Part shown: positions 27,071-39,500 of the stretch, in pieces
Layout of the letters: every line of letters begins with the position of its first letter
Position numbering within the stretch: the first letter of the stretch is position 1
Assembly (NCBI GenBank): GCA_036172245.1
Contig: JAYWIR010000030.1
Location: 2,232,001 to 2,296,000, forward strand
Source: Raillietiella orientalis
Lineage: Eukaryota
Direction of reading: 5' to 3'
Length of the DNA stretch: 64,000 bases
Made by a program: the position numbers and the translations under genes
The notes under the pieces: model-generated
Database searches by the model: none
What the model was told of the DNA's origin: nothing
What the model saw: only the letters and a program-made list of their open reading frames with translations

Positions 27071-29092
27071 CTTCAGGAGGAATGCCTTGAAGATAAAACC
27101 CTTCGGGGATGTAAATTGTGCATAGTCTGTAGTTGTCCATATGTCTGTACTTGAATTTTTTGAGAAATTTCAGATATGATGAAGTAATGCTCCATTCTGC
27201 TTCCATAACAAACTATTTGATCTAAAATTCCCCTTCGTTCAGCAATTCGAATTGCATCAAACGTTTCATCTGAAAGCATGGGCAGGACAGAACCCTTCTG
27301 CAGCCGGGGGCTCTTTTCTTTAAAAACTGAAACGGGGACGCACTCTTTCCACAAAAGCATCTGGATCCTTCTTCACCCCAAACATGGGAAGGCTTTCCCT
27401 GAATTGCTGTGCCACTTTGTAGGAAAGAACACGAAGCCGTAGAGTTCCGGATCCTGCTGGAGGTGGTTACACTTCTCTCCTCAATAATTTCTTGAAAGCA
27501 AACGAAAAACTTCCGGGTTTTCATAAATTTTTTGCATCATTGTGATGTTTCACTGTATTTGATTTGGGAACTATTTAGCATCAAATTAATTTTCAACGAA
27601 CACATCGAGTGACGACGATGCACACGAATAGATCCCAATTTCTAATACCATGCTTTTGAGAGAATGGTTCCTGGATGTCATAAATGCATGACATTCCATG
27701 ACATGGTCAGGAAAACGGAAATACGAAAAGCAGCCACGGCTTGTCAGGATCATCAAAAATTGAATAAAGAGGATGAGGACATAAGTATTTATATGTACGT
27801 AGAATGTTAATTAAAATGCATAGACAGCCGGAATTGTGGAAGAAGCTCGAAAATTTTAAAATATTGTCTGATAAGTTTTTGATTCCTCGTACAAACATCG
27901 AAAATTGGTCTACCGGGAAAGATTCCGTTGCAGCGAGAGGGGAGGACTTCCTGATGTGTAACCAATATGGCAGACAAATTTAGGATTTCATTGTGCTTAG
28001 GCTTTAGGAATAATTTTCACACGTTTTGTCATCGGTCTTTTTTTGACGTGACCTGCATGAATTTTAAGGGAGTCCAGAAAGTAGAAGTATTTAGTTTTAA
28101 GCATAAGAATGAGTTGGTTAAGAAATTTTGCTAACTGTTTGTGAGGGTGTTGAGGGTGAACACGAGAGTTGAGTCAACGTTGGTATTCTCTAAGTGCGCT
28201 GGGAATCATAGGTTTTGTACGTAGAGGTAATTTGGAGGTGGTAAGAACTATTAGGAGAATTCGTTTCGTACTTGATAATCTGCGAAAGACTTTCTTTAGG
28301 GTTTGCATATCGCTGTTTATATCAAGTGGTAATGTGAGAGAGGGAAGAGTGAACTACGACCCGTTTAGTATGGACCTACGAATGTAACTTTATATTGGAA
28401 TAGGATTTAATTATAAGTTTCTTTGAGAATGGTAGATTGAATATTGCAGTCACTGAGCACTGACTCCTGTCTCTCACTGCTGTGGGACTGGGTATGTACA
28501 ATACATGTGTGGAAGAACCTTGTGTGTACGCAAGGGGGTGTTGTGAGAGGCACGTACAAATTTTGATACTGATGATAGTGGATTGTTTTTGCTATTTGAG
28601 AGTAAGAGGTTATTAGTAGATAGTTGACTGGATATCGATAGAAGATCAAAGAGTCAAAGAGGTAGGAAAAGAGTTGTAGTGCTAGAGGTAGATATTTTTT
28701 CTATTTGGGTGGAATTAAATGGAAAATGATATGTGATTACTGGGATGTAAATGAGTGCATGAGTAAGGGAAAGAGAATGTAGGTACATTCTGTGGCACGT
28801 TCTGTGGATCAATCGTTGCTAGTTGAAAAATACTGTGGCTCATATAATTTCTTATGAGGTATGTATGATGAGGGATTTAGTTTATATGGAAGGTGAGTTG
28901 GAGTTGAGGATTAGGTCAGTGTGATTGATGTTTCGTAGAACGGGGAGACTAGCAATGAAGGTGGCTGAGTTGGTCGTTTGCCTCATCATTTTTCCAAGAT
29001 TGAGTTTGAGTTCGTTTCGGGGTATCATGCAGAGTATTCACTACTTCATTTTTTTTTTATTTTGATGGGAATGTGGATTCACTGCTTATTAA

Positions 29093-29557
29093 CCCTTTGA
29101 GTGCGGAGCTCATCAGATTTAAACGTTCCGTGCTGGTGACACGCGGGTCACAGTGGCCATCTCTGTGGACGGAGTGCTTTTTCGGGTACCGCGTGCTCCA
29201 TCGAGGCAATGATTGACTTTATATAAAGTGCTGATTACAGTTACTATTGTAATTGTTTATTACACCACATTAATTAAAATACTTTCCCAAGCATATAAAA
29301 ATTATAATTCGAATCAGTCAGTCATGCATTCACATTTTTAAGACATACAAAGATGAAAAACAACATTATAAATTCTATACAACACCGAGGAAAACCGACA
29401 ACAGTCAGCCGATACACATAGAATTTTGTTTACTGTCGTTGCTAAGGGAATTGCAGGAAAGTGTTTGCGCCGTCCATCTCAAACATGGATAATGTTGACT
29501 TATCTCGCGTGTACAAGGTAAAAACATTTGCCAACCGCGTCCATACCACTCAAAGGG
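29093..29557. mobile_element. piggyBac-type MITE, copy 2 (inverted relative to copy 1)
   Basis: Perfect 11-bp TIRs CCCTTTGAGTG / CACTCAAAGGG flanked by TTAA (29089-29092) and TTAC (29558-29561). Confidence 0.85.
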
Positions 29558-29575
29558 TTACAGAGTAGCGGTTGT

Positions 29576-30381
29576 GGTTCACCCACAGGACCCACGAAGT
29601 GTGGAAAAACCACAACAACTTCGTGTGGTCCAGGGTAACAAAGAGAAACTTATGCCGACTAATAGTCGAAGAGGAAAAAGACACCAGTGCCCTCCAAGAA
29701 GCCGCCGATAGCCACGGGAGTGCTGGAATAAACCTGTTGGCGATCGGAACGACGCTCTGGAAGAGTGACTTGTCACCGGATACACAGGATAACCTCCTGA
29801 TGTTTTATCATGGAGGAATCCTGTGCGGGACAACCATGAAGCGAGTCACGGGAAGAAGAGAAGATGAGGACTGCAAAGCGTGTGGAGACAAGGATACAAG
29901 ACTCCACGTCTTCACCTGTCCCACTATGCAATAAGAGTGGCACACCCTCAAAAGGATAATCGGGTTGCCCACCACATCGACCATGGGAATTTCAGCAGGC
30001 ATGTTCCAAGGAAATGTGAACGTTCCCTGTTACAATCCCATGGTAAGGATGACCATCGCCCTCTTCATCACCGCTATCCACGTGAGGTGGTGGAAGATAA
30101 AGACCACCAGGACGCCGTATCTTCAATGGAAATCCTGAAAGGGCTTATCCAGAAGGAGATCGGCATAAGAAACTGTGGAAGAGCACAGGCCTGGTACTAC
30201 CGACATATCCTGAGAAGGATTGAGGACAACGTCCAGGTATAAACGACGCCCAGTGTAGTGAACCTCAGTGTTAATCCCAGGAGACATAAGTGAAATAATT
30301 GGAGAAAACGAATGCATGAATACCTAGAGTAAATGATCAAATAAAATAAATTCACCCCACCCCTTGTGAGACTTGAGGAAA
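29576..30381 (+). mobile_element. 5'-truncated L1/Tx1-like non-LTR retrotransposon (ORF2 C-terminus + 3' UTR) with 14-bp target-site duplication
   Basis: Zinc-knuckle CKACGDKDTRLHVFTCP in ORF 29572-29934, continuing past one stop and a frameshift to 30242. Exact flanking direct repeat AGAGTAGCGGTTGT at 29562-29575 and 30382-30395. Confidence 0.85.
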
Positions 30382-33300
30382 AGAGTAGCGGTTGTTTATG
30401 GGTGGGGACAAGGTATCACTATTGTGGACGTGTATGTGATGGCGGAAGGTGCTTTTTGGGTTCCGATAAATTGAGGTATATGGGTTGAAGGATTTCGTTA
30501 TGTTGTGTGTTTTCTTGCTTATTGTGGGATATGGAGGTATTAGGAGGTGGTCAAAGGATTGATTTTATAACAAGTGACTTTCGGATGCTGAAGGATTCTC
30601 CGTGATTTTGCACACGAAAGAGTACAAGAAGGAGCAGGTGAAATAGGGATTGTATCCATCGATTTTGTATTTACAAATCGATTTGCTTCATGAACTATCG
30701 AGGCTGGGGGACTTTCGCATGAGGACAGCATCAAGCATAATGGGATAGTAGAGATGTGGTTTCTCTGATGGGTAGTAGCAAAAATTTCAGTTCCCAGTCG
30801 TGTGAGCATTGAGAAGGATAAAGTACTCGAGGAGAGCAGGACTTTTTTTTTGTGGATGGCAGCATGCGAGGATGGGTTTGGAATTTCACGAAGAGGGATA
30901 TGGCTGCTCATGGTTCGCTGGCTCTTGATCGGACCACGGGGAGTCGTTTTGCACGGAAGTTTCCTTGGGTTTGAGGATAAGAAGTTTCCTTCCGATACGA
31001 ACATGGCTGAGAATGAGGCAGATGAGAGAGACGTAGGCGGATGGTAGGGAGCTTGTCAGATCTTTGATGATGAAGAGGCTGAAATGGGAGTGCACCTTGG
31101 TTCCCTTTGATTTCTAGGGGAGTAGTAGGGAAGTTTATGAGGAGAAAGTGTACTTGTGCTATGCTGACGACGACTATGAGTAATTGGTAGAATGAAGTGG
31201 ACGGAAAAGAATCGGTTGGAGTATGAGATCGGAAATGAGTTTTCTCATAAAAAAATAAAAAACGAAGAGGGTTATCCGACGAAGAGGGTTACGGAAAATG
31301 ACTCGGAATGATATTTGTTCTCAAGGTAGGACGCAGCTTAGAAATGATGTTATCAAGTGGGAAGTAATAAACCCAGCATTCAGGTCGAGGTGCTTTTGTA
31401 GGAAAAGCAGTGTAGGGTGCGGAAGATGTGGGAATGGGTTGCTAGGCAGCAAGGAGGCAGTCTTGGCGCGTACGTAGGGCAAAAAGTCGTTAGCGCTGTG
31501 AGTGAGTCTACTAGAGGGTATGTGAGAAGCGTGTAGTGCATGTGGATGATAACTTTAACTGGCTAATCGCGAGGGTTAATCCTAGGCTCCAGAACCATGG
31601 AATATTTGGAGGGGTGCTGCTTTTGTGGATGTTATTTTCCCTAGGGTTTGTCATTATTGGAAGAAGGAGGATGGAATCGCGTGTTTTGAGCTGGTGTGGC
31701 ATGATGATGAGTATTAACGTGAAACTTTTGATAGGAGCAGTATGGTTACAGGGATGTAAAATAATTATGGCTCATTCTTCAGTGAGTCGTGAGATCGATT
31801 GTAGGTGGGAAGCTGATAGATGCAGGGCTGAGGCGCGATGGGTGCGTCATGCTTACAGTGGCTCACAGATATTTGTCTGGACTAATTTTTTTAAAGAGAG
31901 TTAACGCATCAGTCAATGGCCGATGATTTTAAGAACTCGACTGGGTCTTGGGAGTTGAGGTATTACACTTGTCTGATATGTAGCGAGCGTTAGGTTCGAG
32001 TTCTGGTTCGGGAAATTATTATATATATGGGAACAGTGTGTGGTACATGAGTAGTTTGTTTGAGTATACTCACCTAGGCGGAGGGATGAGTATAGAATGT
32101 ACATGGTTATGCTAGCAGTTCATGGTTCCATGATTTTAGAAAGCGAGTATAGGGTGATAATGAATAATTTGCATGTCACTGTTTTACATGTAGTGGAGGG
32201 AGTAATGAGTATGATAATGCTTATGAGTCAGTGTATCAAAACAGCTTCATGAGAATGACAGTTTGTGGCACAGGTAGTCTCTGGTTTTGTTTTGTGCTTT
32301 GATGTTGGTTGGAAGGAATGATTTTCAATGCAGGGTTGTGGATATTTGTTTGGAGAAATCATCGATGATAGAATGCATGATTGTAAGGACGAAGGATTTG
32401 CATTGGTTTATGGAATTTATTTTCGGTTGTGCTTATTACTTATGAATTATGTTTTGGTACTTCTGTGTAGGGTGATAGTTCTATAGTTCAGAATATGATA
32501 AGTGAAGAAAGCTACGTTTTATGTTTTCTGCATTTTGGTTTGTAGTAAGGACAATGATGGTGTCAACGAAGCGGCGGACATCGAGTGCTTCTTTGGGATG
32601 GGATAGGCAGGAGATTACTTACTGATTGGTTATTTCTTAGATCAATTCTGGTTCAAAATATAGAAGGTATCATTACATTTTGTAAGCAACCGTTAGGTCG
32701 ATAGGGTTTTATTAATAGGTGCAGAATGATTTGTTGTTAGAGATTCCTGGAACTGTACATTTATATCTGTGAGTGCTTGATGTTTCTGGCATATTATGTT
32801 CATGAGAATGACTAAAATGGCACAGTTACTATTTAGTACTTATTTATATAAGGCCAGGCCGTTGTCAGGTTTGGTTTCTTCACTTGCGTTGGTTGCTGCA
32901 GGAGTTGACTTGATGATTCGGTCTAATGAGACTGAATATGTTGGGAAGAGTTTTCGTGCATATTGGTACAGAGACGTTCGAGTTTTCTGGGAAGAATTGC
33001 GGGTGACATGAAGAAGGTGATTGTTTAGTGTACATGAAAGCATTTGGGTATATGTTTACGGGACTAAAGGAGTGTTGGTTTATATCCCTTGTTGATTCAT
33101 GCTTTACTAAATCTCTGTGCTTTTGTGTGCGGAGGTGGAAGTTCATGAATGTCAAGGAAAGAGGGACCTATGTGATACGGGACAGTGAACTGGGTGGCAT
33201 GGATGTATTTACGTGGATTTTGTGTTCTATAGAAGGAAGAGCATGATATCTTCTTTGAGGGATGATTTATAATGTTAATGTTACAGTTTATTGGAATTTC

Positions 33301-35156
33301 CCTTTTTAATCGGTTATTGCAGGAAGGATTATTCGATGAATTGGGTGTGATATGAGTTTTGAGGTGGTGTGATAAGGTGATGATAGTTAATAGAATAATG
33401 AGGGCTGTTAATAGGTATCGGATGCTGGAGAAGTTGATGAGAAGCGAAAAGGGGTAAGGAGAAATGTGAATTGGAATTATTCCGTTGGTAATTATGAATT
33501 TTGATTAGGTAGTTAGTAGGTAACGACGTTACGCAGGAAAAATACTGAGAAACATGTGGTCATTGTTTGAGTGTGGTTGTTGCTTAAGTGGTGATTAAGG
33601 TGGTGAGTACGATGCTTAAAGGTGGGCTATGATGCTCTACCTATGAATCATAGGTGATAGGAGGTTAGAGGTTTAATGACAAGTAACTAATCAATGAGAC
33701 TAGTGATATTAAGGGAAGGATTAAGGGAAGTGGTAAATAAAAGGTAGAAGTGGTTTGATGGATGAAAGTGCTGTGGAGGAGGCTATGATATGATGAGATG
33801 GTTAGTTATATGAGAAAAGGGGGCAGATTTTTGATGTTTTAGAAAAGCAGTATTTTATGGTTTTATATTTTCCTACCTACACATCCTTTACCTCCTAGCA
33901 ACAACTATTCACCCTCCCTAACTGTCAAATCAATCGCTATGATTTGCTATCTGACTTAGATTATTATCTTTTATTTAGTGTCCTGACTTCTAAATCTACA
34001 GGGGAATAATTTTTAATTTTAAACTGATCAATGTTTTAGGATTGTTATGCAAAAAGGTTTGTTGGTGATAGAATGAGTGAGCATTGCGATAGGTATGCAT
34101 GGCATGTTATTTGGATCATGGGTGTGTAGTGTGCTTATTTCACATGGTTTGATGGTATCTGTTTTAATAATAATTACAGTTGAATGGATGGGCGAAAGCA
34201 GAGGAAGATGCTAGTTGTAGAGCGAGTATCGAGTTAATTTCAAATAGACTAGATATTGATGAATGATCACCATTTCTTTTTTCATAGTCTTGTACTCCAT
34301 CACCAATATTAAATATAAGCTTACTATTTTTCCTTTCATAAAAGGTTAAAATTCAAACATAGACATTGATTATTGCACGATTCATCACTAATTCGTAGTC
34401 GATGATTTACACGCTTGTTTCATATGAGAAAAGCTTTAAAAATGACTTTTATATGATAAAATTACTTGATGATTTGCGATATTTTATTTACTCATGTTTC
34501 ATAATGATTGAAGGAAATAAATGTTCTTGCTAAATTATCAACTGGTAAATTTCTCTCAAGAATGGTGAGGAAAACTGATTTTGGATTACTAGATAATAAT
34601 ACGATCTGATAAATCCATTTGAATTTTGCTTATTCTGCTGCACAAATAATTATCCTTTTCTGTCTCTTCTGAATCTGTGTTTAGCGGCAATAAACAAGAT
34701 AGGCATCTCCTCTAAGATTTTACAAATGGTGAGAATGGCTTCTTGGTTACCTATTTCAATGTATTTGAGGTTAATTTATCTTTAGTTAACAGAAGCTGAG
34801 CATTTATTTATTTCTCTGCTTATATCTATATATTAGTGTTCTACTTTTTCATCGAATTTTTCATCTCCATTTTCTGGAATTATGGTGCAAACTTCAATAT
34901 GATTCTAAAAGTGGAATTAACACAATAGATTTTCTTTTTGTTTGTGAAAGGCACAGAGACTTATATATGTAAATCTGCTTTTTTTTGAATGATTTTATTT
35001 TAAATATTCGTGCTAACTTTGATCATAATAATGTGTAATTGGCGAGACTGTCTCAGGAGTTACGAGTGGTTCTGGAAGGAAGAGAAGATTCGGTAAAAGT
35101 AATTTTCATAAATTGATATAACCGTTTAGAAATGTCCGAAGTGAATTCGCTTCGAA

Positions 35157-36251
35157 ATGGGGAAAATAAGATGTAGACATACGTATCATATTCCAGCAGT
35201 CAAAGTGAATGATTCTCACAAAAGTTCAGAAAGCACCAACAAAACTTTTGGTGAATGCAAAGAGGATGAAACTGTTAACCCAACAGCTGGACCCATTGGT
35301 GTCCCCTTGTTCCCTTCGGAGGCAATGTTTTCAAAAAAAAATAAAGAACAGTCTCATCTCAGTAAAAAAGAAAGAAGGAAACGAAAACATCAAACTTTTA
35401 TTGAAAGTATGTAATGTTTATTTATCTTTGTGAGTAGTTAATGATTCTAGGAACTGTAGTAGTTATTTGAAGAGTTAGCCGTTTTTATTGGTTACATGGC
35501 CTTGAATCAGATTTGCATTATTTTCAAGAATATTTTTTACATATTTAAACTAAGTTGTACTTTTTTTCTGTGTTGCTTAGTTTGTCTCATTGATATTAAT
35601 CAAAATGAAATATAGGAGCCTATGAGACTTTAATAATATAATAGTGGTTCACAGCCAACAAAACGTTTAAAGCATAAATATGAAGTTTTGTTTTGAGCCT
35701 TTACATTCCAAAGTGAGATCAGATGTATGAAATCCTCTGTTTGCATTCATTGGTGCATTGTGTGATAATAATTACTGTTTGTAGTGATTTGCCTCTTATG
35801 AGAGGCATAATAGACACATCCATGAAGTATATTAATTGCCTCTCATTTTAAACGCAGAAGTTCATAATCTTGCAAATACTAAAAGGCCTTCCAAAACCAA
35901 ATCAGCACTTACTACTCCAGTAAGTGGTCTTGCAAATGCCCTTCCTAATTTAGAAAGTTCTTCACCAAACGACAGGAAGCTGCAAAATAGTACCACAGTA
36001 AAAAAAATTCGACAAAATCAGTTGTAAGTTATTCATAATACTTGTATTAGAAATTACATTTCTGTTCCATAAATTATTTCTGTTTAAATGAAGTATATGT
36101 TTTATTATGCCTTTCTTGTTAGTTCCCTTTTTTTTCTAGCCAACAACATCTTGGTATCTATCATGAGATTTTGGAAAGTGATGTCTTTGCATCCAAATCC
36201 TTCAATAATTTGTGTGAATTAATCAAAAAACAAGGAACACATTCTGTTTGA
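35157..36251 (+). CDS. SLX9: Ribosome biogenesis protein SLX9 / FAM207A homolog, about 175 aa
   Basis: Exons 35157-35406, 35858-36023 and 36140-36251 splice in frame (528 nt). The protein MGKIRCRHTYHIPAV...LSKKERRKRKHQTFIEKVH...VSGLANALPNL...YHEILESDVFASKSFNNLCELIKKQ follows the FAM207A/SLX9 pattern as recalled (N-terminal MGK, basic KK..K.R block, L..ALP.L, C-terminal helix). Confidence 0.8.
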
Positions 36252-36533
36252 AGCTACTATTGTGATTGAGGCCTTGGTATGGGGGAGTGAAATGAAACTA
36301 ATATGACTAAACTGTGAAGGGAAAAACCAATGCATAAGCATTCAAGTGATTTTTCTTCTTTATAAAATATTTTGGTGTTGATATCACTGTGCAGATGAAT
36401 TGAAGCGTGTATCATATTATTTTCTTACTTTCAGTTTTTTATGCATTTGTGTATTTTCATACCCATTTAAAGACATATATGTTGTAGTGTATATCCTTTT
36501 TAATGAACTAGTGAGAATTGTGATTGCTAGCAC

Positions 36534-39500
36534 ATGTCTGTTGACATTAGTCTAGCCAAATTAAGACCTATTTCTAACTTGGAATCTAATCTTGAAGTTC
36601 CTTTGCTGGTTACCCCCGGAGATGTTATTACAAATGATTCAGGTTTTATGAGGTAAGGAACTTCATATTTCTTGTTAGATATTGCATTAGAACTGCTAGT
36701 GAGACAAAACAGATTCAAATACAAAGGCTTCATTTCCTTCCTTATTCATTTCACAAATACAATGCAATGTCTAAACGTTGTTTCAAAGTATGACTTATGT
36801 TTATTGCTTAATGAGTATGTTGATTTAAATAAACATCAGCATGATGTGTGACCGAGTATATGTATTTGTAAAACAGATGATAACACTTAGTTTTTCACTT
36901 TGGAATGGTTTTCGGCAGCTTTTGTAAATTCCATTTTTTAAGGTGTTTTTGTTTTTTTTTGTGAATGTGAATTAAAGAGAAGTTGAGCTTTGGGATACTT
37001 TATGGTAAAATAGCTTGCTAATAAATTTCAAGGAAAGGGAGGTTTGTTTTATTGTTTACCTCAATAAGCTTTTTTAATAAGATTAATGTTTGTAAACTTA
37101 TGTATGCGTTTATTTTCTTCATTTAAAGTACAGATAGTGGCATAATACCGTGTTCTTATTGTAATCATGTGAATTATGTGTCAGGATTGATCTTCAAGTG
37201 CATCCCTGAATACATATCCAAGGGATATCATCTGATTAGAGATTTGTTTTAAATAGCATAAATACATCATCCCAGGAACTTTGTGCTAGAATAACCAATT
37301 CAGTTATGATATGCACCTGCTATCAGAAACTTCTCACAACACAGTGTGTATGTTTTAAGGGAAATCTTCCTCAGATTGTTTTCAGTCAGTGATTCGCAAC
37401 ATCGTTTGCTTATTAGTTCCTCGTACATGGACAATAATTTTCATTTTTCATACTATAGCTTTGCAGTGGCAGTTTGATTATATTGCTATTGTGATATGTA
37501 AAAAGGAAAGGGAGAGGATTGGTTAGGTTTGCATCAGGAAAACTCCTGGAATGGTTAAACTTTTGCTGGGAATGGACAGATAGGCCATTAGATGGAAATA
37601 ACAAAAATAAAAAGATATGAAGTGTAAATAAACTGTTGGTGACCCATAAGGTCTACGTTACAAAGAATGTGGATGACTTAGGATTTCAAAATTTCATTTT
37701 TGGAAATTTGCTATTATTATGGAAAAATTAATGCAATTTGTCCTGCATGATTCTTGCAAAGTGTATTTATTGTTTTCCTAATGTTTTTCAACATTCAGAA
37801 TTGCTAATCTTATCCAGTTTGCTGTCAAGATTAGGCATTTCAGTGCATTTTTGAAAAAAAATTTCAGTGTGGTATTTTGGCTTTTTCGTCCGTAACTAAG
37901 ATTTCATTGCATAATTTGGCTGAGTTGGTGAACTTTACGTTGTAGGATGGTAATGTTTCGTTATTGCGAAGTTTTTCCATGTGCTTCCCATAAATGTCGC
38001 AAGAACTTTGGGATCGTGCACGAATGCAGAACTTCCAGTAACATAAAGACTTCGGGCCGTATGTCCTTAAATGTTTGAATGGTCAGTGTCAGTGGTCACG
38101 TGAGTTATTGAGTCAGTTTTCCCATTTGTTGCTGATTGAGTGCGTGTGCTTTTTCAGCTGAAAATATATCTGCTGTGAAAGATTCCTTGAAGTTTTTCGA
38201 GTGGATGCTAGAGGAAAACATTGCATGGCATGCTTTCATTTCTCCCATGATACTTTCACATGTTTCGAGTGTGTAAAGAGGTTGGAGTTTGCAGTGCATA
38301 TGCCTTTTCGATCTGCATGTATGTTTGCCGTGCAGCCCCGTTGAAATATCCCGTGTTTGGCTTGCAAATAGTCAAAGTAGTACTGAGAGAGGGAGTGAGT
38401 TTTCACCTTGCGAAATTGAGTTTCTCATGTGTTTTCATTTTTCACGTGCCAGTTTCCCTGTTTCCAATCGCGCTTTTCCTTGTGAAACTGTTGTTTACCA
38501 GGGCCAAAGGAACCTACTTTTCAATCTTGTGCTGCTCGAATCGAATGCGGCACCACACACTATGGATGGAGATTGCTTTCTCCATGTTTTCACGTTCATT
38601 TCCGGCGCCCATTTCAGTCTCTTGACCGTAGGATTTGGAAGCATCTGACACGGCAGAGACCTTGCAGAGGTCTCATGGCTGCTGCTGCTCTTGTGTCACT
38701 GCTGCTGCCAATGAACAACTCCTACGGCAGAGGAAAGCATGTTGGTATCTATCATGAGATTTTGGACTGAACTCACAAAGGCTTTTTGTTGGCTTGCATG
38801 TAAAACATTACACAATTCAAGTGCCTTTTAAGGTGTTAAATATTGGAAAGAGTGTGGAATACTTTGCACCCTTACAAAATTATTTTAGAGATCTCGATCG
38901 GCATTCCTAGTGAATGCACTCTCTGCTTACCTTTATGATTTTAAATTCAGGAATTTCAGCCCTTTTTAAAGTGGGATCTGACCGACTGCCAGTTTAATTA
39001 ATCGGTATTCAGAAATTAACAATTTTTGTACAGAATTGCTGCTAATTTTCGGATGCATTGGCGTTCTGCAGGGGGACTCGTTTTCCTTCCATCATTCTTT
39101 CATGCTCATTTTATTCAGCGTGCCTTGTGGTGGTGTCAGTGTACTTGAAAGCTGTATTATGTTCATGGAAGATGAAAGCTTCCTTTGTATCCGTTTTTGC
39201 AAGTTCGATACGTCTTGTTTCAATCATTGCATTGAGCACCAGTGCGTTTTTCTCTAAAATTTCTTCGGGACACGCAAATCGTGATGTTAATGTGTAAACA
39301 AATGTTGTTTAGCTCCATCCGCTTCAGATGAATTTCAAGCACCGTGGATCTGAACTCAGTAGGTGACCTTTTGTGCATTCGCTGTTTAATGATGCTTTCA
39401 TACCTAATTCCAATTCTGAAGGCGTGTTAATCTAATCTCATACTTCTTTTTGTTCTGTTTAATTGCCTTGTTGTGATTAATACTTGGTAGCAGCCAAAAA

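Larger units (their letters stand above)
29049..33900 (-). mobile_element. Old I/Jockey-like LINE remnant hosting the MITE and the L1 fragment in its 3' UTR
   Basis: Strong G/T skew on +. On the minus strand, degenerate RT motifs in the right order: PIPK...SLL (about 32550-32610), FDTLTH (about 32230), LGLTL..LKL..T (about 31560), Cys/His C-terminus (about 30700). A-rich tail at 29049-29064 (T-run on +). The 5' end is approximate. Confidence 0.65.

Noticed and set aside
31157..31174. CYADDD on the plus strand as an RT active site
   Set aside because: It is followed by a stop within three codons, and all other RT motifs in the region are on the minus strand.
38640..38770. Fanzor/OMEGA-type guide RNA locus
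   Set aside because: No RuvC-like ORF or transposon ends were found nearby; kept only as an unexplained duplication.
39320..39425. C/D snoRNA candidate (CTGA, TGATG, CTGA; ATTCCAATT complementary to an 18S segment as recalled)
   Set aside because: The C box is non-canonical and the guide match is only about 9 nt.
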